DNA of 64,000 nucleotides from an uncultured Candidatus Saccharibacteria bacterium (GTDB lineage Bacteria; Patescibacteriota; Saccharimonadia; CAILAD01; BJGX01): NCBI GenBank assembly GCA_964610335.1, contig CAZSVP010000001.1, positions 23,057 to 87,056 of the forward strand, read 5' to 3'. Shown piece by piece: positions 1 to 8,768 of this stretch (position 1 is its first letter; each line of letters starts with the position of its first letter). The notes under the pieces were generated by a model. It saw only the letters and a program-made list of their open reading frames with translations, ran no database searches and was not told where the DNA came from. The position numbers and the translations under genes were made by a program.

Positions 1-1358
1 ACCCCATAGCAGCGCCATCTGATTACATACTTTCTCGTTAGGACTGGCAATTATTATTGGTGCGCTAGGACGAAGACTAGCTAAGCTTAGAGCCGTACTT
101 CCACTCAAAGTTTCAGCTACTATTAGCTTGGCTTGCAATTGTTCACTAAGGGTAATAGCAGCCAAACTTATGCTGCGTTGCGCTAACTCAGAGTTGATCT
201 TGTCATCCTTAAGCGCGCTTCTTGTAAATACCAACCGAGTTTTGTTGGTAATTCTGTCTAGCAGCCCTTCGGGTTCTTCAATCGAAGCGGCTAAAGAATC
301 CTCACTTTCTGTCACCATTTCTACAGCCAGTGCAGTATTCACAAAATACTTCTCAGAGCGCAGTATGATACGCTTCATAGTTTGAACTGTTTCAATAGGA
401 AATTCACCAATTGCTGTTTCGCCGCTGAGCATTACACAATCCACACCCAAGCTTACTGCTGTTGCTACATCATTTACCTCTGCACGACTAGGTTCAATAC
501 TTTTCATCATGCTTTCCATCATTTGTGTAGCCATAATTACCAGTTTCTTGTAGCGTCGGCAGATCAGAATGATCTCACGTCCAATAATAGGCACCTCTTC
601 GGCTGCTGTCTCTACCGCCAAATCACCTCGGGCTATCATAACTACATCACTTGCTTTGATGATCTCCTCTATATTTTCCACCGCCACTTTAGTCTCAAAC
701 TTTGTGATAATTTTAGCCTTTGACTTTGCTTTTTGCAGTATTTTACGAAGCTGGTGTATGTCTGCAGCTGTTTGTACAAAGCTGAGTGCAATGTAGTCAG
801 CATCATGTTTGATCGCAAACTCAATATCTTCAAGATCCTTCGATGGCAATCCAATGTCTTTCATTTCGGTGTCGGGTAGGTTAATACCCTGATCGCTAAG
901 CAATTTTCCAGAGTTGAGAGCTTCCACAGTAATAACCTTGGCTTTTACACTTACTATTCGGGTCTTAATTTGACCATCCCTCAAGAAAAGAGGCTCGCCT
1001 TTGCTAACCATTGCCGAAAAATCAAAGTGAGTCGGGATGATTCCAGAAACAGCATAATCCGAATCTAGCTGAAACTGAAGTTGTTGACCAGCCTTGACTT
1101 CAATCCCTCCGGTAGGCAATTTGCCAACTTGAATCTTTGGTCCATGTAAATCTGCAATTATAGCCACTGATCGGTCTAGAGCTTTGGCGGCAGCCCTAGC
1201 ATCCTTCAGTGCCTGCAGATGTTTAGCATGTGTGCCATGACTGAAATTGAGCCTAATGCCATTTACTCCTGCCTTAAGCAATTGTTCAATCTTGTCCTCG
1301 GTGGCTGGCCCGACGGTAGCTATTATCTTGGTTTTCTTGAAATTTACTGCTTTAACCA
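1..1358 (-). CDS. pyk: pyruvate kinase (C-terminal end runs off the window edge)
   Basis: Reverse-strand translation starts MVKAVNFKKTKIIATVGPAT...NGIRLNFSHG...MIARGDLAVE...MLSGETA, the canonical PK barrel and active-site motifs. ATG maps to 1356-1358. Plus-strand ORFs here are antisense artefacts. Confidence 0.9.
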
Positions 1359-1515
1359 TAACTACTATTGTAGCTTGCCGAGACCTGGATGGCTAATAGC
1401 AATCATCATCATTTTATGTATAAAACACTCAAATTGGTGACAAATATAGTATTGTTGAAAAAAACGGACAAAAATGCTATCATTTACAGGTTAATTGAGC
1501 CTGAAAATAGTTGAT

Positions 1516-1590
1516 GGTCCCATCGTCTAACGGTTAGGACACCAGATTTTCAATCTGGCAATCGGGGTTCGATTCCCCGTGGGATCACCA
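1516..1590 (+). tRNA. tRNA-Glu (anticodon TTC), CCA encoded
   Basis: GGTCCCATCGTCTAACGGTTAGGACACCAGATTTTCAATCTGG...GGTTCGATTCCCCGTGGGATCACCA. The 7-bp acceptor stem pairs, the anticodon loop is TTTTCAA, and T-arm is GGTTCGATTCC. Confidence 0.9.
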
Positions 1591-1649
1591 ACTGGATTTA
1601 GTGTTTGTTCTCTGTGAGCCATATTCTGCTTATGCTATAATTTGATCTA

Positions 1650-2924
1650 ATGATCATACAGAATTTTGAGTCGCTTGCTACTACGCCAGCTCGGTCTGAC
1701 GCACTAAAAATTGCCGAGGCTGGCTATGAAGCTATTCGCGTAGATACTATCATGCGCAACAAGTTAGTCTGCAAAGACGGGATTTTGAGTGTTAATAGAG
1801 CCAGCTACAAACTTGCTGAATACGATCATGTTGGCGTAATAGGTTTTGGTAAAGGTAGCGCTCGAGCCTGTGTTGAGCTAGAAAAAATAATCGGTAGCGA
1901 CAAGGTTGCTGGTGGGGTTGTAATTGATATTGAGAAGGCCAATTCCAAAAAGATCATCTCCTTTGTAGGCACTCACCCCCTACCATCAGAGCAAAACGTC
2001 AAAGCCACTAAGAAGCTAATTGAGTTTGCTCAATCAGCAACTGACCGTGATTTAGTGATTGCAGTTATTTGTGGTGGAGGTAGTTCACTGCTATGTGATC
2101 CAGCCAACATGAGCTGTACTGATTCTGCTCAGGTATCACACCACTTACTATTAAGCGGAGCATCTATTGGCGAGATCAACACTGTCCGTAAGCACCTCAG
2201 CCGCATTCATGGAGGATTTTTGGCAGAACATGCACAACCTGCAACATTACTGGCTTTAGTAATATCAGACGTGCCTGGTAACGACCTAAGTATGGTTGCT
2301 TCAGGCCCCACTCTATTAGACAAGACGACTCTGCGCGAAGCACAAGCAATTGCCACCAAGTATGGGCTACCCAACCTACCACTGATTGAAACGCCCAAAA
2401 AAGCTGGGATATTTAAAACTAGTAGTACTCAGTTGCTCGCCAGTGGCTTGACTGCCTTAGAGGCAATGCAGACTAAGTCCAAAGAACTCGGCTATGAAAC
2501 AAAAGTTGCTTCTCGCAATATGCATGGCTTAGCCACACTACTGGGTATACAAATGTCTAGCAAGTTACAACCAAATCGTGCTTTGTTGGCATGTGGTGAA
2601 TCACAGGTAGTAGTGCGACATCCTGGCAAGGGTGGCCGCAATCAAGATTTGGCACTCGCGGCGCTTGAGCATCTACCCAAAAACAGCGCTATAATATCAG
2701 CTGCTTCTGACGGCAAAGATAATGTCCCAGTTGCCGGCGGTATAGTAGACAGTGAATATGCTAAGACCAAAGCTCATCAACTTGGATTACATGCCGCTCA
2801 TGCTGTAGCATATAACCAAAGCTATGAAACGCTGAAGAAGATTAATGGTATCTTTACTATCAACCGAGTTTGCGCCAATGTGTCTGACTTTGTAGTAGCC
2901 TTACAGAAAGAAACAATCAAGTGA
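1650..2924 (+). CDS. glycerate kinase, MOFRL/GckA-TtuD family (glycerate 2-kinase-like)
   Basis: 424 aa. The N-terminal DUF4147-like and C-terminal MOFRL-like regions (…VICGGGSSLL…, …ACGESQVVVRHPGKGGRNQDLALAA…) are typical of hydroxypyruvate-reductase-associated glycerate kinases. Confidence 0.75.
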   Translation: MIIQNFESLATTPARSDALKIAEAGYEAIRVDTIMRNKLVCKDGILSVNRASYKLAEYDHVGVIGFGKGSARACVELEKIIGSDKVAGGVVIDIEKANSKKIISFVGTHPLPSEQNVKATKKLIEFAQSATDRDLVIAVICGGGSSLLCDPANMSCTDSAQVSHHLLLSGASIGEINTVRKHLSRIHGGFLAEHAQPATLLALVISDVPGNDLSMVASGPTLLDKTTLREAQAIATKYGLPNLPLIETPKKAGIFKTSSTQLLASGLTALEAMQTKSKELGYETKVASRNMHGLATLLGIQMSSKLQPNRALLACGESQVVVRHPGKGGRNQDLALAALEHLPKNSAIISAASDGKDNVPVAGGIVDSEYAKTKAHQLGLHAAHAVAYNQSYETLKKINGIFTINRVCANVSDFVVALQKETIK

Positions 2925-3949
2925 GTAAAACAGTAATCGCCATATTCGAAGTGAACGCCGAAGATCGACGCAGCCTGCAACGGCAATTGTCATCGATCAA
3001 GCAGGTAGAACTACGATTTTGGGGCAAAACAATAAATGATGTTGATCCAAGCGAATATCACGACGCGCAGATTGTAAGTGTTTTTACATTGAGCCAGATC
3101 ACACCTGCCGTACTTCATAAGCTACCCAAACTAACACTGATTGCTAGCCGCTCAACAGGAGTAGACCATATCAATGTTCGAGCTGCCAAGAGCGCCGATG
3201 TGGCGGTGACAAATGTACCCGGATATGGCGAAAACACAGTTGCAGAGTATGCCTTTGGTCTGCTTCTAAGCGTAATTCGAAAGTTGCCACAAGCAAGCCA
3301 GCAAATTCAAACCGGAAAAATTGACCATACTACGCTTACTGGGTTTGAGCTTTACGGCAAAACGCTAGGCATTATTGGCACTGGTAAGATCGGTGCACAT
3401 ATGGCACGCATAGCCAGCGGCTTTGGTATGCGCATAATAGGATTTGACCCTTACCCCAACCATCAACTTGAGATTGACTATGGGCTGCACTACATACACA
3501 TGATTGAGCTGCTGCGTCATAGCGATGTTATAAGTATTCACTCACCTTATACTGGCAAGAATATGCACATGATTGGTAAAACTGAGTTTGCAGTGATGAA
3601 ACAGGGGGCAATACTCATAAACACTGCGCGTGGTGAGCTGATTGATAGTAAAGAATTAGTTAAGAATCTGCAATCTGGTAAGCTTGGAGGCGCAGGGCTT
3701 GATGTATTAGAGGACGAGAACTTACTACGATCTAGTGATGAGGTCGAGCTACTCACTCGTACGATTGATCGAGCCGCTTGCGATCATGTGGTAGAACAAA
3801 TGATTCTTGAGAAGATGCCCAATGTGGTCTTAAGCCCACACAACGCTTTTAACACCCATGAAGCCTTAGAGCGAATTCGCCAAACCACTGCTGAAAATGT
3901 AACTGCCTTTCTAACGGGCCAGCCACAAAACATAGTCGATCATAACTAA
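2921..3949 (+). CDS. D-isomer-specific 2-hydroxyacid dehydrogenase (LdhA/hydroxypyruvate reductase-like), GTG start overlapping the upstream stop
   Basis: NAD-binding GxGxxG motif (GIIGTGKIGAHMARIASGFGMRIIGFDP) and a catalytic His region (SPHNAFNTHEA). The GTGA start/stop overlap with the glycerate kinase implies translational coupling. Confidence 0.8.
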   Translation: MSKTVIAIFEVNAEDRRSLQRQLSSIKQVELRFWGKTINDVDPSEYHDAQIVSVFTLSQITPAVLHKLPKLTLIASRSTGVDHINVRAAKSADVAVTNVPGYGENTVAEYAFGLLLSVIRKLPQASQQIQTGKIDHTTLTGFELYGKTLGIIGTGKIGAHMARIASGFGMRIIGFDPYPNHQLEIDYGLHYIHMIELLRHSDVISIHSPYTGKNMHMIGKTEFAVMKQGAILINTARGELIDSKELVKNLQSGKLGGAGLDVLEDENLLRSSDEVELLTRTIDRAACDHVVEQMILEKMPNVVLSPHNAFNTHEALERIRQTTAENVTAFLTGQPQNIVDHN

Positions 3950-4007
3950 GCACGCTAACAAACAAAACCTTTTATTTCTTGATTGTGCTTATGCTATAAT
4001 AATTGCA

Positions 4008-5300
4008 ATGAACTTGCAAAAATTCGATGCATACCAAATGCTGGACTCTCGCGGTGAGCCCACACTTATGGTTCGTCTCACCTCTGATACGGGTAAGACT
4101 GCCAATTTTACTGTACCCGCCGGTGCTAGCCGCGGTACACATGAAGCAGTAGAAAAACGCGATGGTGGCGAAGACTACAACGGACTGGGTGTAACTAGCT
4201 GCATCGATACGGTTGAAAACGTTATTGCACCTAAGTTTATAGGCTATCCACTTGGAAATTTTGATGATTTTGATAGCTTGCTACTGGCACTTGACGGCAC
4301 TGCCACCAAAGAGAAGCTGGGCGGCAATACTATGCTGGCAATCTCTGCGGCCTACTTCAAGCTAAGTGCAGTCGAAGAAGGAAAGCCATTTTGGCAGTAC
4401 ATTGCTGAACACCTCCAGACCAGTCCAGAGTTTCCACGATTATTCGCCAACGTGGTGGGTGGTGGCAAGCACGCCCCTGGATTAACGATTCAGGAGTTTA
4501 TGTGCGTACCCACTTCCAACACGCCATCAGTTGCCATCAAACAAATCTACGATGTTTACCACACACTAGGCAAGATTTTCTCAAGTCTTTATGGCCCGTC
4601 TAGCGAGTTAGTTGGTGACGAGGGTGGTTTGGCCCCAATTGGCGCAAACACTGAGGTAGTGCTGGAGGCATTGCACGAGCTGGCCAGCAAGGCACAAAAC
4701 AAGTTTGATATCGCGCTCGATAGTGCCGCCAACAGTTTTTTTGCCAACGGACACTACATGCTTGACACTAGCAAACTGAGCCCAAGCGAACTACTCAAAA
4801 CCTACGAGGATTGGAATAATAAGTTTGACTTGTTCTCCATCGAAGATCCATTTGCCGAGGGCGACAACGAAGGATTGGAACTCATTAAGACACAGATCAA
4901 CCAACAAAACCCTAAGCCTTTCATGGTAGTAGGCGACGATTTTACTGTGACCAACAAAGAGATGATTGAGAAGTACCAAGCTGATAAGTTGTTTGATGCC
5001 GTGATAATCAAGCCCAACCAAGTTGGTACACTGAGCGAAACGTTTGAGGCTATTAAGACTGCTCGTGGCAATGGAGCCAAGGTAATTATCAGCCACCGAA
5101 GCGGTGATACCAACGATGATCTGATAGCAGACCTTGCCTACGGTATTGGCGCTATGGGGTTGAAACTAGGCGCCCCAGCTCGAGGTGAACGCGTAGCCAA
5201 ATACAATAGGCTACTAGAGATTGAAGCAGATCAAGAAACAACTCAATCAGAGGTCGAAGCCTCAACTCCATTGGCGGCACCGCCACCAGCTGCAACATAA
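4008..5300 (+). CDS. eno: enolase (phosphopyruvate hydratase)
   Basis: 430 aa with MNLQKFDAYQMLDSRGEPTLMVRL…, GGKHAPG…, and SHRSGDTNDDLIADLA (enolase signature region). Confidence 0.92.
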   Translation: MNLQKFDAYQMLDSRGEPTLMVRLTSDTGKTANFTVPAGASRGTHEAVEKRDGGEDYNGLGVTSCIDTVENVIAPKFIGYPLGNFDDFDSLLLALDGTATKEKLGGNTMLAISAAYFKLSAVEEGKPFWQYIAEHLQTSPEFPRLFANVVGGGKHAPGLTIQEFMCVPTSNTPSVAIKQIYDVYHTLGKIFSSLYGPSSELVGDEGGLAPIGANTEVVLEALHELASKAQNKFDIALDSAANSFFANGHYMLDTSKLSPSELLKTYEDWNNKFDLFSIEDPFAEGDNEGLELIKTQINQQNPKPFMVVGDDFTVTNKEMIEKYQADKLFDAVIIKPNQVGTLSETFEAIKTARGNGAKVIISHRSGDTNDDLIADLAYGIGAMGLKLGAPARGERVAKYNRLLEIEADQETTQSEVEASTPLAAPPPAAT

Positions 5301-5366
5301 GCCATAGTTTCGTTATAGCCCTTATACTTTTATTGGTAGTATGGTTATTTTATACTGCACACAACT

Positions 5367-6395
5367 ATGTCAATTCTACTTTTAGGACCGTTTAAGGAGC
5401 AACCTCACCGACTCAAGCCAAAACCCAAGTCAACACGGCTGCTACGGTTGTTCTATGGGCTGGCAGTATTTACTATTGGTTTGTTAATAGGTGGGTTGGC
5501 AACTTACCAATGGCACAATGCTTTAGCTGCACCAGATCATACAAGCAGCTTGCCCGACAATACGGCTCTTCTCAACCAGTCATTGTCTGAAGTAGTCAGC
5601 CTAAGTAACCAAATCTATCAAAAACCTTACACTCAACCAGCACAAACCAAGTTAGAGATAGCTTCAAAACTAGCACTGCAAGGTCGATATCAAGAAGCAA
5701 ATACACAGCTGGCAATCGCCAAGCAAATTATCAATAAGCCCCACAATGATGCTAGCAGGCAAGCAACAATTCCCATCGTTATGTATCACAAAATGCCAAT
5801 TGATATCACAGAGCAGCTGCAGCACCTCAAACAGGCCGGTTATACGACCGTTACTATGCAACAAGTTGGTGATTACCTACGCGGATACATTGATTTGCCA
5901 AACAAACCAGTGGTACTAACATTTGACGATGGCTATAGCGATGGCTTGCAAATTGCCCAACTGCTTGAAAAAGAAAAATTACGTGGCACATTTTATCTAA
6001 TAGTTGGCGGTGATGCCAGCCGACACTGTATAGGTCCAGAACGTACAGACCACAGTTGTGGTGACAGTTTTCTAAATTGGGCCGAGATTGAAACCATGGC
6101 CAAGATGCCTGCTGTCGAGGTGGGTGTGCATACTGTTGATCACGCTGACTTACCGACCCTAAATCCTGTCGATCAGATGTGGCAGATTGTCACAGCAAAA
6201 AATATACTTGAACAGCGCACTGGCCTGAAGCTAACTACCTTTGCCTACCCTTATGGCCACTTCAACTCTACTACCGTCGAATTGGTTAAGGGTGCTGGCT
6301 TTGAAACTGCGGTCACGACCATGCCGGGTAGTACACAGGCAACAAGTGATTTGTTTACACTACGCCGCATACGCACCACATATGATCTCCCTTAG
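5367..6395 (+). CDS. polysaccharide deacetylase family protein (NodB-homology domain), N-terminal TM anchor
   Basis: One TM helix (LAVFTIGLLIGGLATY), a coiled/low-complexity linker, then PIVMYHKMP…KPVVLTFDDGYSDG…VHTVDH, the NodB motifs. Confidence 0.75.
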   Translation: MSILLLGPFKEQPHRLKPKPKSTRLLRLFYGLAVFTIGLLIGGLATYQWHNALAAPDHTSSLPDNTALLNQSLSEVVSLSNQIYQKPYTQPAQTKLEIASKLALQGRYQEANTQLAIAKQIINKPHNDASRQATIPIVMYHKMPIDITEQLQHLKQAGYTTVTMQQVGDYLRGYIDLPNKPVVLTFDDGYSDGLQIAQLLEKEKLRGTFYLIVGGDASRHCIGPERTDHSCGDSFLNWAEIETMAKMPAVEVGVHTVDHADLPTLNPVDQMWQIVTAKNILEQRTGLKLTTFAYPYGHFNSTTVELVKGAGFETAVTTMPGSTQATSDLFTLRRIRTTYDLP

Positions 6396-6418
6396 AATCT
6401 TTTCGTTCTTAAGATAGT

Positions 6419-7597
6419 TTACTTCATCAGAATATCGAGAGCTGGTAAGTCATTGCCTGCAATTATCTCGAGTGTGGCACCTCCACCGGTCGAAACCAAG
6501 TCAAACCAATCGTGCATATGATATTGATCCACAAAAGCAGCCGTATCTCCTCCTCCGACAAGGCTATAAATATCAGGGTTCTTCATAGCCTTGGCTACAT
6601 CCCTACTGCCACTAGCAAAGTAACTATTCTCGGCAATGCCCATAGTACCATTCCAAAACACTTGTTTGGCTTGCCCTATCTCGCGAGCAAAGTTCTGAGC
6701 TGTCTTGGTACCGATATCCAATATCAACTCGTCACCACGAACACTTGTAATCGGCACATTGCGAATCCCACTATCAGCATCAACTGATTTAGCAACTTTG
6801 GCATCCACTGGCAAGTGGATTAGCACATCTTCTTTATGGGCAAGATTGAGAATACGCTGCACAGTGGATTTCATGTCGCGCTCTATTAGGCTAGCGCCAG
6901 TATCAAACCCCGCCACATACAAGAATGTGTTGGCCATGGCGCCACCGATAAGCAAACTATCCACCTTTGCAATTAGATGTTCAAGCACAGCAATCTTATC
7001 AGACACTTTGGCACCACCGATTACCGCTACAAATGGCTTCTTGGGTGATTGCATCATGCCAATAATCGACTGATACTCCTTGTCTACTAGCAAGCCCGCT
7101 GCGTGAGGCAATATTTTGGGCACCCCTACCATACTGGCATGGGCTCGATGGATGTTGGCAAAAGCATCATCTACATATACTTGGGCCAAGCTGGCAAGCT
7201 GCTTGGCAAAATCAGCATTGTTGGCTTCCTCACCAGGATTAAAACGGAGGTTTTCCAACAGCAACACTTGCCCAGGCTGAAGCTCATCTGCCGCTCGACT
7301 GACTGCTTCTCCAACACAATCATCCACAAATGCTACATCTTGTTTCAATAGCTTGGCCAAACGCTTTGCCACCGGCCGCAAACTTAAGCCTGTGTCGGGT
7401 TTACCACCAGGCCTGCCGTTGTGGCTGGCCAACACTAGGCTGCAACCTTGTTTGAGTAGTAGTTTCAGAGTTCGCAAACTCGCTTCTATGCGAAAGTCAT
7501 CTATAATCTTACCCGACTCCACCACATTGTAGTCGGTGCGTACAAAAACTCTCTGGCCCTTGCAATTTATATCATTTATTGTCTCTAAATGTTTCAA
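6419..7597 (-). CDS. pgk: phosphoglycerate kinase
   Basis: 392 aa with MKHLETINDINCKGQRVFVRTDYNVV…, LENLRFNPGEE…, and the GGGA/GGGDT motifs. Confidence 0.92.
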   Translation of the reverse strand: MKHLETINDINCKGQRVFVRTDYNVVESGKIIDDFRIEASLRTLKLLLKQGCSLVLASHNGRPGGKPDTGLSLRPVAKRLAKLLKQDVAFVDDCVGEAVSRAADELQPGQVLLLENLRFNPGEEANNADFAKQLASLAQVYVDDAFANIHRAHASMVGVPKILPHAAGLLVDKEYQSIIGMMQSPKKPFVAVIGGAKVSDKIAVLEHLIAKVDSLLIGGAMANTFLYVAGFDTGASLIERDMKSTVQRILNLAHKEDVLIHLPVDAKVAKSVDADSGIRNVPITSVRGDELILDIGTKTAQNFAREIGQAKQVFWNGTMGIAENSYFASGSRDVAKAMKNPDIYSLVGGGDTAAFVDQYHMHDWFDLVSTGGGATLEIIAGNDLPALDILMK

Positions 7598-7680
7598 TAT
7601 TTCCTCTCAGTTACTCGTAGTATAGTTATATAAGTATACCGTCGATACTACATCTATACTACTTATGGTAAAATATTTCT

Positions 7681-8745
7681 ATGACAAAACCAACCAAACG
7701 TGTTGGCCACACCAAGTGGTTCTGGTTAGCTGGCTGCGGCCTCGCAGCAGTAGCGATAGTAGTAGCACTTGTGCTCCATACTCGTTCCAATCAATTCCGT
7801 ACTCTCAATAACCTACAAACTCAAATCCAACAGATTCAAGGCTTGCAGCAAAAGAACAATCTGACGGTAATAGACGTTGGCGCTCTAACTGAGTCAGCTT
7901 CAAAAACACAGAAGCAGATAGATGATTTTGATCTACCTGGCGCAAGTAATAGTATTAAACAGTTACAACAAGATGTATCTTCTCAGAATACTAAGCTCCA
8001 AGATGCAATAGTCGAAGCACACGCCAAAGCAGCTGCCGAAGCCAAGCTTGAAGCCCAACGAGCAGCTGCTAGCACTACGCCAACTCCAGCTGAAAAAGGT
8101 GGCGGCAAACAGGCTCAAGTGCCAATTATCATGTACCACAAGCCACCGGCTGACTTTGCTGCCCAGATGACAGCCCTTAAAGCCAAAGGCTATACTACTA
8201 TTCACATGAGCGACCTTGCCAACTACTTTGCAGGTACCGGCACTCTGCCAGCCAAGCCAGTAGTTGTAACATTTGACGATGGCTACACCGCACAGCAAGC
8301 CGCTATCCCTATACTGCAACAAAACGGTCAGAAAGCTACTTTGTATCTTATAGTTGGTGGCCCACTGAGTCACTACTGTATCGGCATACTTCGCACCAAC
8401 ACCACCTGCGGCGACGCCTATCTCAATATCAACGACATCAAGGGCGCTCTTACTACCGGCGTAGTAGAAATTGGTGCACACACTCTCGATCACCCCGACC
8501 TTGCAGCTATGAGCGCCGATGACCAGTGGAACCAAATCAATGGCAGCCGACAATGGCTACGCAATACTTTTGGACAAGAAGTTACTAGCCTCGCCTACCC
8601 TTATGGTGAATACAATGCTACCTCCGAGCAGCTTGCTGAAAAAGCTGGCTTCAGCACAGCCGTTACTACGCAGCCCGGGCTTATCCAATACGGTAATCAA
8701 CCGTACTTACTAAGCCGCGTTCGTGCCGTCAGCGACTTGCCTTAA
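7681..8745 (+). CDS. polysaccharide deacetylase family protein, paralog of 5367..6395 (TM anchor + coiled coil + NodB domain)
   Basis: PIIMYHKPP…KPVVVTFDDGYTAQ…AHTLDHPDL, with the same domain order and a conserved C-terminal …SDLP as the paralog. Confidence 0.75.
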   Translation: MTKPTKRVGHTKWFWLAGCGLAAVAIVVALVLHTRSNQFRTLNNLQTQIQQIQGLQQKNNLTVIDVGALTESASKTQKQIDDFDLPGASNSIKQLQQDVSSQNTKLQDAIVEAHAKAAAEAKLEAQRAAASTTPTPAEKGGGKQAQVPIIMYHKPPADFAAQMTALKAKGYTTIHMSDLANYFAGTGTLPAKPVVVTFDDGYTAQQAAIPILQQNGQKATLYLIVGGPLSHYCIGILRTNTTCGDAYLNINDIKGALTTGVVEIGAHTLDHPDLAAMSADDQWNQINGSRQWLRNTFGQEVTSLAYPYGEYNATSEQLAEKAGFSTAVTTQPGLIQYGNQPYLLSRVRAVSDLP

Positions 8746-8768
8746 ACCATTACTAAAAATAAGTTAAA

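Noticed and set aside
128-854. Plus-strand ORFs (128..385, 382..723, 569..796) and a minus-strand 61-aa ORF at the window start.
   Set aside because: They lie inside or antisense to the clearly conserved pyruvate kinase reading frame on the minus strand. They have low-complexity translations and no RBS.
6396-6418. Possible terminator hairpin between the first deacetylase and pgk.
   Set aside because: Only a 5-bp AT-rich stem (ATCTT/AAGAT) can be drawn, which is too weak to call.
7963-8553. 196-aa minus-strand ORF inside the second deacetylase gene.
   Set aside because: It is antisense to a gene with clear NodB motifs, and its composition is not protein-like.
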